Notes: a model not told the origin generated them from the letters alone. A stretch of DNA of 64,000 nt from Deferribacterales bacterium (GCA_050251875.1 JBFWMA010000009.1:28951-92950), one strand, 5' to 3'; counted from the stretch's first letter, positions 43,566 through 51,331 are shown. Numbers and translations are program-made.

Positions 43566-45965
43566 TTGAATCAAATTGATGCTTGGTTTCCTATGCCAAT
43601 GACAAAATATTTGATAAACGAACCACCATTGCTTGTGCTGCCGTCTCTTGCCAAATTACTTGGTTTGAATGAAGCTATCTTCACTCAGCAGCTGCATTAC
43701 TGGCTTGGTAAGTCAAAGCATCAGAATGATGGGGTGAGTTGGGTTTATAACACTTATGAAAACTGGCTTGAACAGTTTCCTTTCTGGAGCCTTAGGACTC
43801 TCAAAAGAATCGTCAAATCGTTGGAAGATTCTGAAATATTGATTTCCTCTGTTGAATTCAATAAGTATTTCAATAAGACAAAATGGTACAGAATAAATTA
43901 TTCAAAATTACGTGAAGTCACCGGAACTGATTTATATTCAGAGTACGTCATTGATGAATATCCACTTATATTTCAGCCTACTCTTGCCGTGAAACTTGGT
44001 TTAAATGAAGCTATCTTTTTGCAACAGCTTCATTATTGGCTCTCATATAGTTCAAGCGAGCGTGACTCAGCGTATTGGGTCGCAAATAGCTATAATCGCT
44101 GGATGACACAATTTTCATTCTGGAATAGGAAAACTCTGCAGCGGGTTATAAGTCGACTATCTTCTGACAATATCATCATATGCACTGACAGATTCAATGA
44201 AAGCAGAATGAATAAGACCAGATGGATAACTATTGTGTATGAGAGAATATCTGAAATTGCATATGGACAATCTGGCATGTCGTCAGGACAGAATGGCACT
44301 ACGAATGGACAATTTGGCACGACAGTATTGAATATCAAAGAAACTGCGAATGGACATAATGACACTTCGACTGGACACAATGGCACTACGATAGGACAAT
44401 CTGACATCCAGTCTGGACATGATGGCACTCTCAATGCCCAAAATGACACCCTCCGTCAGGACAATTTGGCACTTTCTCATTATATAGACTATTCTTCAGA
44501 GACTAGACATATAGATGACAGAGAGAAAGAGTGCAATGCAGAGCAATCTCCCATCAGCATAAGAGGTCATTATAATGATGCTTTTGATCAGTATAAAGAA
44601 TTAATCAATCAGGATGCAGTAAGCAGGTTTAATGTAATTTTTGAGACGTACATCAAAGAAGGTTTAAAGCTACATGGTCAGAGTTTTGTGGATAAGCTGT
44701 TTAGTGCAGTTAAGAGATCTGACTTTCTGTTGAGCTTTAAATCCGGCTTTCCAAAGCTGTCATGGCTCTTAAAGAACTCTTCTGCTGTTATTGCAGGAAA
44801 ATACGATACTGAGGGTTTCTCTGTTTTTGAAAGAGCACAGGAATGCTCAAATAAAAATTCAGATTGTGCGGTTTTGAAAGACGGAGTCTCTCCGTTCAGA
44901 TATTGCAGATACTGCAAAGCGTATGTGGCAAGGTTAAAAGAGCCAAAACAGGAAAAATCTATTGAGCAAATAATAAGTGACTGCAGGTCTGCCGGATACT
45001 GCGTTGTTAAGCGGTTAAGGCTTAAAAACTTCTTTGAATATTGTGATTCATGTGATTGGAAATCTGTTTCTGAGAAAAGGCAATCTGAAGAGATGCTGAT
45101 ACAGCAGGCGGCTGAGTGCTGGGAAAAATGTAAAGGTATGTGTGCTCCAAAAATAATGAAAACAGGAGCAACTGACAAATGCAGATATTGTCCCGGCGAT
45201 GGCGGAGGGAAGAAAAACAAAAAAATCATAACAAAGGATACTGCTGCGTCTGAGAACATCACAATAGATGGCGTTGATTTTAATAATCCGGAATCTGTCT
45301 GGAACAAGGCATTCGAGTTAACCGTTGCAAATAAGGCAAATAAAAGGAAAATAGCCAGCTATATCGCAAAGCATCTGCCTTTTTCGATATATTCCTTTGA
45401 AGATCTTGAAACAGAAGCCCTGCTTGTGGCATATGAAACCTTGGTTGTGCTTGCTGCAGAGGAGACAGTTATGACGCTTTCAGCTTTTGAAAGCAGGATG
45501 CTGATAAACCTGAAGCATCATTTTGAAGAGATACAGACAACACCGGCGTTGAGAGATGTTCTGAAGACCGCAGATAAATCAGCGTGTGTATTTGATGAGA
45601 TTTCAGAAATTGAAGATGAAACAGACGGAGAGGAGTTACTTCAATTTCCTGAAGAACTGATAAGAGAAATAATCAGGATACTGCCTCTGAGGCAGGAACA
45701 GGTACTTCATCACAGACTTGGACTTACAAACAGAGGATTTCTTTCGTTGTCTGAAACGGCACTGCTTTTAGGCTGTACCAAAGAAAATATACATATAGCG
45801 GAGAAAGACGGTATAAGAACGTTGGCAAAATTTGCTAATGAAAACAATATCTCCATGGGCGATGACATGGATGTCGTTAAGCAAAAGGTTGCTATGTATA
45901 TCAGCAACAATTTTAAGCCTGTCAAATTCTCAGGATATTTTGAACTCGGCGGACTTGCCATATAA
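43566..45965 (+). CDS. Large replication-initiator-like protein: 2x wHTH replisome-organiser-like repeats, heptad iteron-encoded linker, Cys-rich region, sigma-70 region-4-like C-terminal HTH
   Basis: Two ~105-aa repeats (LGLNEAIFTQQLHYWL...TKWYRINY and LGLNEAIFLQQLHYWL...TRWITIVY). Internal iterons are listed separately. C-terminus LPLRQEQVLHHRLGL...SLSETALLLGCTKENIHIAEKDGIRTL. The track start is TTG; an ATG lies at 43593. Confidence 0.6.
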   Translation: MNQIDAWFPMPMTKYLINEPPLLVLPSLAKLLGLNEAIFTQQLHYWLGKSKHQNDGVSWVYNTYENWLEQFPFWSLRTLKRIVKSLEDSEILISSVEFNKYFNKTKWYRINYSKLREVTGTDLYSEYVIDEYPLIFQPTLAVKLGLNEAIFLQQLHYWLSYSSSERDSAYWVANSYNRWMTQFSFWNRKTLQRVISRLSSDNIIICTDRFNESRMNKTRWITIVYERISEIAYGQSGMSSGQNGTTNGQFGTTVLNIKETANGHNDTSTGHNGTTIGQSDIQSGHDGTLNAQNDTLRQDNLALSHYIDYSSETRHIDDREKECNAEQSPISIRGHYNDAFDQYKELINQDAVSRFNVIFETYIKEGLKLHGQSFVDKLFSAVKRSDFLLSFKSGFPKLSWLLKNSSAVIAGKYDTEGFSVFERAQECSNKNSDCAVLKDGVSPFRYCRYCKAYVARLKEPKQEKSIEQIISDCRSAGYCVVKRLRLKNFFEYCDSCDWKSVSEKRQSEEMLIQQAAECWEKCKGMCAPKIMKTGATDKCRYCPGDGGGKKNKKIITKDTAASENITIDGVDFNNPESVWNKAFELTVANKANKRKIASYIAKHLPFSIYSFEDLETEALLVAYETLVVLAAEETVMTLSAFESRMLINLKHHFEEIQTTPALRDVLKTADKSACVFDEISEIEDETDGEELLQFPEELIREIIRILPLRQEQVLHHRLGLTNRGFLSLSETALLLGCTKENIHIAEKDGIRTLAKFANENNISMGDDMDVVKQKVAMYISNNFKPVKFSGYFELGGLAI
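44265..44472. repeat. About 9 iterons, GGACA-N3-TGGCAC consensus, phased at 21 bp: candidate origin of replication inside the rep ORF
   Basis: Copies start at 44265, 44286, 44307, 44352, 44373, 44394, 44415, 44436 (degenerate) and 44459. An AT-rich stretch (TTTCTCATTATATAGACTATTC...) follows. Confidence 0.65.
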
Positions 45966-46084
45966 TCAGCCTTAATTTTACACAATTGAAATTCTTGGCT
46001 GTGAATTTAAATTATGACTATTGACATGCTATATTGGTGGTTATATCTTTATTGTAACATTGTACTAACCACGAGGGTGCGTTT

Positions 46085-46312
46085 ATGATAAAAACACTTA
46101 CGAAACATGGAAACAGTCTGGCGTTAGTTATTGAAAAGCCAGTTCTTGAGCTTCTTGGCGTTGATGCAGAAACCCCATTTGACATTACTACTGACGGAAA
46201 AGTCTTAATTCTTTCACCAGTCAAATCCGAGCAAAGAAAAGAAGAATTTAACTCAACACTGGAGAAGGTGAACTCAAAATACCAAAAAGCACTGAAAAAG
46301 CTGGCTGAGTAA
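46085..46312 (+). CDS. AbrB/MazE/SpoVT-fold antitoxin (partner of Doc)
   Basis: MIKTLTKHGNSLALVIEKPVLELLGVD...DGKVLILSPV is the swapped-hairpin AbrB signature. Confidence 0.8.
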   Translation: MIKTLTKHGNSLALVIEKPVLELLGVDAETPFDITTDGKVLILSPVKSEQRKEEFNSTLEKVNSKYQKALKKLAE

Positions 46313-46336
46313 ATAGATGGCTGAGTAAATAGATGG
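46305..46336 (+). repeat. Perfect 16-bp tandem duplication (CTGAGTAAATAGATGG x2) spanning the antitoxin stop and the doc start
   Basis: Read directly: 46305-46320 equals 46321-46336. Confidence 0.95.
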
Positions 46337-46722
46337 AGCCAAAGTTCCTAACAATTCCTGAGATACTTGAAATACATAAGGATCAAATAAGCCGTTATGG
46401 CGGAGACACGGGTATTCGTGATATTGATCTGCTCAAGTCTGCAATAGGCATGCCCTCTGCAACCTTTAACGGTCAATATTTACATGTCAGTATTTATGAA
46501 ATGGCAGCCGCTTATCTTTTTCACCTTGTACAGAACCATCCTTTTGTTGACGGAAATAAAAGGGTTGGAGCAGTTTCAGCTTTGATTTTTCTGATCTTGA
46601 ACGATTACGACTTTGAAGCTCCAGAGGATGATTTTTCAGAAATGGTTTTGAGAGTTGCCAAAGGTGAGTTGGATAAAGCTGGTATAAGCATGTTTATCAG
46701 ACAGTGGGCAAAGAAAGTATAG
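46333..46722 (+). CDS. doc: Doc-family (Fic fold) toxin
   Basis: HPFVDGNKRVG motif, 129 aa, preceded by an antitoxin gene. Confidence 0.9.
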   Translation: MEPKFLTIPEILEIHKDQISRYGGDTGIRDIDLLKSAIGMPSATFNGQYLHVSIYEMAAAYLFHLVQNHPFVDGNKRVGAVSALIFLILNDYDFEAPEDDFSEMVLRVAKGELDKAGISMFIRQWAKKV

Positions 46723-46740
46723 TATTTATAATGTATAAGC

Positions 46741-46770
46741 TATAAAAAAATGGGGAGCCGAAGCTCCCCA
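46741..46770 (-). terminator. Intrinsic terminator functional in the minus orientation only
   Basis: The minus strand reads GGGGAGC-UUCG-GCUCCCC followed by UUUUUUUAUA. In the plus orientation no U-tract follows the hairpin. Confidence 0.75.
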
Positions 46771-48173
46771 AATTGAGACAGACACGATAAACGGTGTCCG
46801 GTCTCTTAAACGTATTAACATCTGTAGCATGATACAGAACCTAGACCCCTTCGGCCAGCCGTCTTTTCAACAGCTCGTCTGTCCTTCGCTTACCTCTCTG
46901 GGATGCCACTCCCATAAAGTGCCGCAGGCTCTTAGCCTGGACGGTCGGACGCAGACGTGGTGCCTTCACACCGGGCTTACTACGAGTCCTCCGAGCCCTG
47001 CCTGACATTATCAGACAGGTTACTTCTCCGATTCAGACAATATACCAACAGCATTACCTGTCCCGGCATCGTGAGCTTTTACCTCACACATCCTATACAG
47101 CTCTTTAGGTGGCTCCTGTACTCAAATTTTCGGTGTTGGAGCAAATACCAACTTTGTTGCAGTTTTCGGGCTACGAAGTGTCACAGATCGCCTTACTCGC
47201 ACCTACACATAAAAGTTTTAAACGGAGCTTCCTCTCGTCACCATAAAGCTTCGGGTCGCCCTCACGGGCTTTAAATCAGCTGCTCTAACTGTAAAGGTTT
47301 ATACGGATGACCAGTCCATTAATCCCTATACAGCCGCTGATTCCCTTGCAGGTTAACTGAGCTTTTCAGCCCATATTCCCCTGTCCAAAAGGATGTCTGT
47401 CTTATCCAGACGCACCATTTCAATTTGCGAAAAAACAACCTCCTGTTATTTTTTCGCCACGTTCAGCACAGGAAACCTGTGCATCACTTACACTACGCAT
47501 AAATGCTCCGTGAGGCACATCCATGTGTCCCGCACTTTATAAATCGCCCTTTGTCGTGGAAAACTCTTACTCCGGAGCTTTCCTTATAATCCTGCTGGGA
47601 TTTGTTGAGGATCCCAGCCCTCCGGAATATTTCGGAAAGCACCTACGGCGATTTTACCACAACAGGAGTGTTGCGTTTTTATGTGAACTCAACTTACAGT
47701 CACACCCTGCTCTGGCGGAGCAGGTAGCTCCTGCAAGCTGGTTCCCAAACCGGACGTGCGGGTTTCCCTCGCATCCGGCTCTCCGGTTCATCCCTTATTC
47801 CACACTATGGCTTTTTGCTGCCGATGTTGGTCTACATCGGCCTGTGGACTTCGGGACTCACACTACAGTGTAATACGTTTAAAAAACCAGGCATCTATCT
47901 ATATCATCAGCTTCAGCCAACGTTTGTTGGCTTATGCTGTAGGCTGGGGAAAGTGCCTTTGACTGATTAATGTTTTGCGTTCGATACCGCCTCCGTATAC
48001 GGCCATGCCGTAAATCAGGAGAAATTAATCTCATCTTCTGCACTTGTTTGAATGGTTCTGCCGAAAGCAGAAAAGGTCATAGCCGGTGAAGCCGGTTATG
48101 TCAAATAAGCTGTACCATGGACAGTAAAGTCCCAGACGGCATTACCCGTTAAGTTCCGTATGCATCGCCTGAT

Positions 48174-48275
48174 GCGGTGGTGTTCCGCTGACTTCCGTGG
48201 CCGCAGTGGTGTACTGCGGTGATCTCCATACTATCTCTGATTCGCTGGTGTTGCGTGATACGTGGTGTCCGTATC
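48174..48275. repeat. Four hairpins with a shared heptaloop TGGTGTN (NACACCA on the minus strand)
   Basis: GCGG-TGGTGTT-CCGC (48174-48188), CCGCAG-TGGTGTA-CTGCGG (48201-48219), CGC-TGGTGTT-GCG (48243-48255), GATACG-TGGTGTC-CGTATC (48257-48275). Confidence 0.7.
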
Positions 48276-48392
48276 TCAGGACAGCAGGTTCATACAACTT
48301 CCGCAGAATGTCTCAGGGCATTGCGGTTGATCTGCGTTTCGCAGACTGACTATGGACAATCAAGTCCGATGTGTTTCATCAAATAATGAATA

Positions 48393-48422
48393 AATTTATT
48401 CCGTTTAAGCTGCGGATGTCAA
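48393..48422 (-). promoter_or_regulatory. Sigma-70-like promoter reading leftward into the ORF-free interval
   Basis: Minus strand: TTGACA (48422-48417), 18-nt spacer, TAAATT (48398-48393). Confidence 0.45.
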
Positions 48423-48464
48423 TGCTATTGCCGTGCGTTTTTATCCACTTCTGTAATACGTATT

Positions 48465-49562
48465 ATGTGCTTCGTATTATTGCGTTCTTTTAATCTGACG
48501 GTGATGACTTCACCTTGTCCGCATTTCTTGCGTATGAATATTGAAGATACATATTATCAGGTCAGACGTGCCCAGAGAATGATTCTAATGCGGCAGTATT
48601 TCCGCAATGGCGAGCTTTATGAAATTATGAACCGCAAAGCGTTCAATAATATGGCTGATAAGCTGTCGCAGAAGTATTTTCATATGGCCGGTTCTGTCAT
48701 TTACAAAGAGATGACAGAACTTTACAGAGTATATCTCTGCCTTGCCCCAATCATCCAGAAGCAGAAGAATAGCTTTAAGCTGGACTGGACGAAAGGGAAC
48801 ACACTCAGCTGGATGAGAAGGCTTTTTAATGGCAGCAACAAGAAATGGTATTACTCTCATGAAACAGTGATACGCGAACATAATGTCGAGTTATTTAAGT
48901 CTACATTGCGAAATCATGGGATAACTGATTCCGTCTTCATCGACTTCGCTTTGGAGAAATATCTCTGCTTCTGGAATGCAGACGGCAGAAAAGGAAGTCT
49001 TGCAAACTGCGTATTTGATCCGTTCTTTTTTAAAGCTCATGAGAGCGGATTGAGGTTTGAGAATAACCTTGTCAATACGAGTTCTTCAAGGAAGAGTGGC
49101 TACAAATATGTGTTTGATGAGCCAATTGAGATCATGTGTTATGTGATTTCTGCATCTATACGTAACGGTCGCACACATGTCGATGTGCAGCTGAGTAATG
49201 ACTATTTAAAAGCTCTCAAAGAGAGACTTATAAAAGCTATGGAAGGTAAATCCTCATATGCCCATAAACTCGTTATCCTGTCAGCGTTAGTGAATTCTTT
49301 TGTTGAAGATGCCAGATATGCAAAAGATGCTATGGAACAGGTGAAAGAGGTACAAAGGTACTTTATTAAGCATACAAAGAAATTCGCAGCCGGTAACGCC
49401 GAATTCAGACATACAGCGGGAGCAATAATCCCGCTCTGGCTTTCGAGAGTAACTAATAGATTTACCTATCAGAGAACAAACTTTTTCTGGGATATGGATC
49501 ACAATACAGTTCCTGAAAAGATCTATATGATTTATTTCAGCCCATACAGGGAGCAGATATGA
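48465..49562 (+). CDS. Hypothetical protein (no family recognised); the real start is probably an internal Met, e.g. MNIEDTYY at 48534
   Basis: 365-aa ORF with protein-like composition. It overlaps the next ORF by 4 nt (ATGA). A candidate plus-strand promoter, TTGCCG-N18-TGTAAT, lies at 48429-48458. Confidence 0.5.
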   Translation: MCFVLLRSFNLTVMTSPCPHFLRMNIEDTYYQVRRAQRMILMRQYFRNGELYEIMNRKAFNNMADKLSQKYFHMAGSVIYKEMTELYRVYLCLAPIIQKQKNSFKLDWTKGNTLSWMRRLFNGSNKKWYYSHETVIREHNVELFKSTLRNHGITDSVFIDFALEKYLCFWNADGRKGSLANCVFDPFFFKAHESGLRFENNLVNTSSSRKSGYKYVFDEPIEIMCYVISASIRNGRTHVDVQLSNDYLKALKERLIKAMEGKSSYAHKLVILSALVNSFVEDARYAKDAMEQVKEVQRYFIKHTKKFAAGNAEFRHTAGAIIPLWLSRVTNRFTYQRTNFFWDMDHNTVPEKIYMIYFSPYREQI

Positions 49563-49984
49563 TGCAGAATAATGAAAAGAAGTCAAAGCCCATGAGATAC
49601 CGAAAGGATCTCACTGCAGAGCATTTTAGAGTGCAACATGACTTCAGGAAAGGCTTAAAAAAACTGTCTGTTGAGCCGCTTTATCAGGGCGATATTTTTG
49701 ATTATTTGTATTTTCCGGTATGGGAAAGATTCGCTCCGGGGCAGTTTCGCTTTCTGACGCTTCAGCACAGAGCGGCGGTAATTACCGTGTTGTCGAACAA
49801 GGATGTTAAGAGAGTCTGTAATAACATTTACACCGACAAACAGACCGTTCTGAACGTATTTTTTGATTTGGTGGGGCTCGCTGTAGCAAAGCCAATAAGT
49901 GATGAACCTGTAATATACAAAATACGTTACGCAGAGACACCGTCTTATGCCTTTGTCTCAAGTAAAATCAAATTTCCCTTGTAA
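49559..49984 (+). CDS. Hypothetical protein
   Basis: 141-aa ORF translationally coupled to the previous one. No motif recognised. Confidence 0.45.
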   Translation: MMQNNEKKSKPMRYRKDLTAEHFRVQHDFRKGLKKLSVEPLYQGDIFDYLYFPVWERFAPGQFRFLTLQHRAAVITVLSNKDVKRVCNNIYTDKQTVLNVFFDLVGLAVAKPISDEPVIYKIRYAETPSYAFVSSKIKFPL

Positions 49985-50033
49985 AATCGTTACTTAACTT
50001 GTACATTAAATTGTACAAGTTGGAGGTGCTGAA

Positions 50034-50288
50034 GTGAAAGTCGTTAACTTTACAGAAGCAAGGAATAATCTGAAGTCTGTGCTTGATAGCGTTATAGACG
50101 ATGCGGATTATACTGTCATTACTCGCAGAGATTCAAATGACACCGTTGTGATGTCGCTGGATACCTTTAACAGTATTATGGAGACTTTCCATCTGCTTAA
50201 AACACCGGCGAATGCTGAACATCTTATGAAATCTATCAGCCAGTATAAGAATTCTCAGGTAAAGGTTGAGGACATCGTAGGTGAATAG
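50034..50288 (+). CDS. yefM: Phd/YefM-family antitoxin
   Basis: MKVVNFTEARNNLKSVLDSVIDDADYTVITRR...VVMSLDTFNSIMETFHLL. Confidence 0.9.
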   Translation: MKVVNFTEARNNLKSVLDSVIDDADYTVITRRDSNDTVVMSLDTFNSIMETFHLLKTPANAEHLMKSISQYKNSQVKVEDIVGE

Positions 50289-50541
50289 GCTGATAACCTG
50301 GACTGAAGCGGCATGGGAGGACTATGTTTACTGGCAGTCGCAGGATAGAAAAACAATCAAAAGAATAAATCTGCTCATAAAAGATGTTCTTCGGAGTCCA
50401 TTTGAAGGAATCGGAAAGCCGGAAGCCCTGAAGGAAAATCTTTCAGGATTCTGGTCAAGAAGAATTGATGACACCAATAGACTGGTTTATGCCGTTGAAG
50501 ACGATAAAATTGTTATTATTTCCTGCCGTTACCACTACTGA
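50281..50541 (+). CDS. yoeB: YoeB/Txe-family toxin
   Basis: W.DY.YWQ..D.K...RIN.LIKD..R.PF.GIGKPE.LK..LSGFWSRRID..NRLVY......I.IISCRYHY. Confidence 0.9.
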   Translation: MNRLITWTEAAWEDYVYWQSQDRKTIKRINLLIKDVLRSPFEGIGKPEALKENLSGFWSRRIDDTNRLVYAVEDDKIVIISCRYHY

Positions 50542-50632
50542 TTTAACGTCCTTTTGTCTCACAGAAAATAAAATATTGAAATATCATTGCAATTAGTTGC
50601 ATTATGCAATATTTTATACTCAGAGGTGGATT

Positions 50633-50860
50633 ATGGCACACGCAATAAGAATATCTGATGAGATAGTCGATTCTGCAAAGATTTTATCAAAGGTTGAAAA
50701 TCGCTCTGTTGGCGGTCAGATAGAGTATTGGGCAAAAATTGGTAAAATTGCAGAGGAAAATCCTGATTTTAATTTCAGCATGATTAAGGATCTGCTTGTT
50801 GCTCTTGAAGAGGCAAAGCATGGTGAGCTTGAGGAGTATAAGTTTGGGGAAGGGGCTTAA
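50633..50860 (+). CDS. ParD-like antitoxin
   Basis: MAHAIRISDEIVDSAKILSKVENRSVGGQIEYWAKIGKIAEENPD fits the ParD_like family as I remember it. GAGGTGG is upstream, and the stop overlaps the toxin start (TAATG). Confidence 0.6.
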   Translation: MAHAIRISDEIVDSAKILSKVENRSVGGQIEYWAKIGKIAEENPDFNFSMIKDLLVALEEAKHGELEEYKFGEGA

Positions 50861-51129
50861 TGCGTAAAATCCTCCAGACTCCTACCTTTGTAAAGAACAA
50901 GAAAAAACTACATAAAAATCAACTGGCAGAGCTTGATACAGCGATTAAAGCAATTTACAAGAATCCTTATATCGGAGAGCAAAAGAAAGGCAATCTGGCA
51001 TCAGTATTTGTGTATAAATGCAAAATTACAAAGCAGCTCTTTTTAATAGCCTATCAGTTTGATGACTCCGAGATAATCCTTCTCTCACTTGGCAGTCACG
51101 AGAACTTTTATAAAGAACTTAAAAGATAA
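50860..51129 (+). CDS. RelE/ParE-superfamily toxin
   Basis: 89 aa. F.K..KKL.K.Q...D.AI..I..NP.IGE.KKG.L..V.VYK......L.AY pattern. Confidence 0.65.
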   Translation: MRKILQTPTFVKNKKKLHKNQLAELDTAIKAIYKNPYIGEQKKGNLASVFVYKCKITKQLFLIAYQFDDSEIILLSLGSHENFYKELKR

Positions 51130-51164
51130 CCCTGTAATCTAACATCAATTCTATATCCCTGATT

Positions 51165-51305
51165 GAACACTCTTAAATGAGTGTTTAATGCCTGTTATTT
51201 CAGTTATCAAAATCACGAACACTCATTAATCAGTTTTTTATCACTCATAAATGCGGCTTTTCAGCATGTTTTATGCGTGATGAGTTTCACCCCTGAGTCA
51301 TTACA
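51165..51305. promoter_or_regulatory. parC-like centromere/operator repeats upstream of parM
   Basis: GAACACTCTTAAAT-GAGTGTT (51165-51185), GAACACTCATTAAT (51217-51230), TATCACTCATAAAT (51239-51252). Inverted ATGAGT copies lie at 51279-51284 and GAGTCAT at 51295-51301. Confidence 0.5.
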
Positions 51306-51331
51306 TATTTAGAAAATGTAAGGAGGTCGCT

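Larger units (their letters stand above)
46741..48385 (-). ncRNA. Candidate very large (~1.6 kb) structured non-coding RNA of unknown class
   Basis: No credible ORF on either strand. G+C is enriched relative to the flanks. A minus-strand promoter and terminator frame the interval. Many perfect short helices, including GNRA- and UUCG-type loops in the minus reading. Strand and ends are inferred, not proven. Confidence 0.45.

Noticed and set aside
44265-44472. CRISPR-like array or simple low-complexity protein repeat
   Set aside because: The repeats are 14 bp with 7-bp gaps, in frame inside a long ORF, with no cas genes. The spacing and the following AT-rich stretch fit iterons, not CRISPR.
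46957-47962. Plus-strand ORFs of 105, 116 and 68 aa inside the ORF-free interval
   Set aside because: No ribosome-binding sites. The translations are rich in Cys, His, Arg, Ser and Pro, with no hydrophobic periodicity or motifs. They overlap one another in different frames. They are better explained as chance ORFs in GC-enriched non-coding sequence.
46741-48460. Group II intron, rRNA fragment, tmRNA or RNase P as the identity of the 1.7-kb non-coding region
   Set aside because: On either strand I found no domain-V-like AGC...GNRA...hairpin with a 2-nt bulge, no GUGYG 5' end paired with a reverse-transcriptase ORF, and no universally conserved rRNA, tmRNA or RNase P blocks. This cannot be fully excluded without covariance-model searches.
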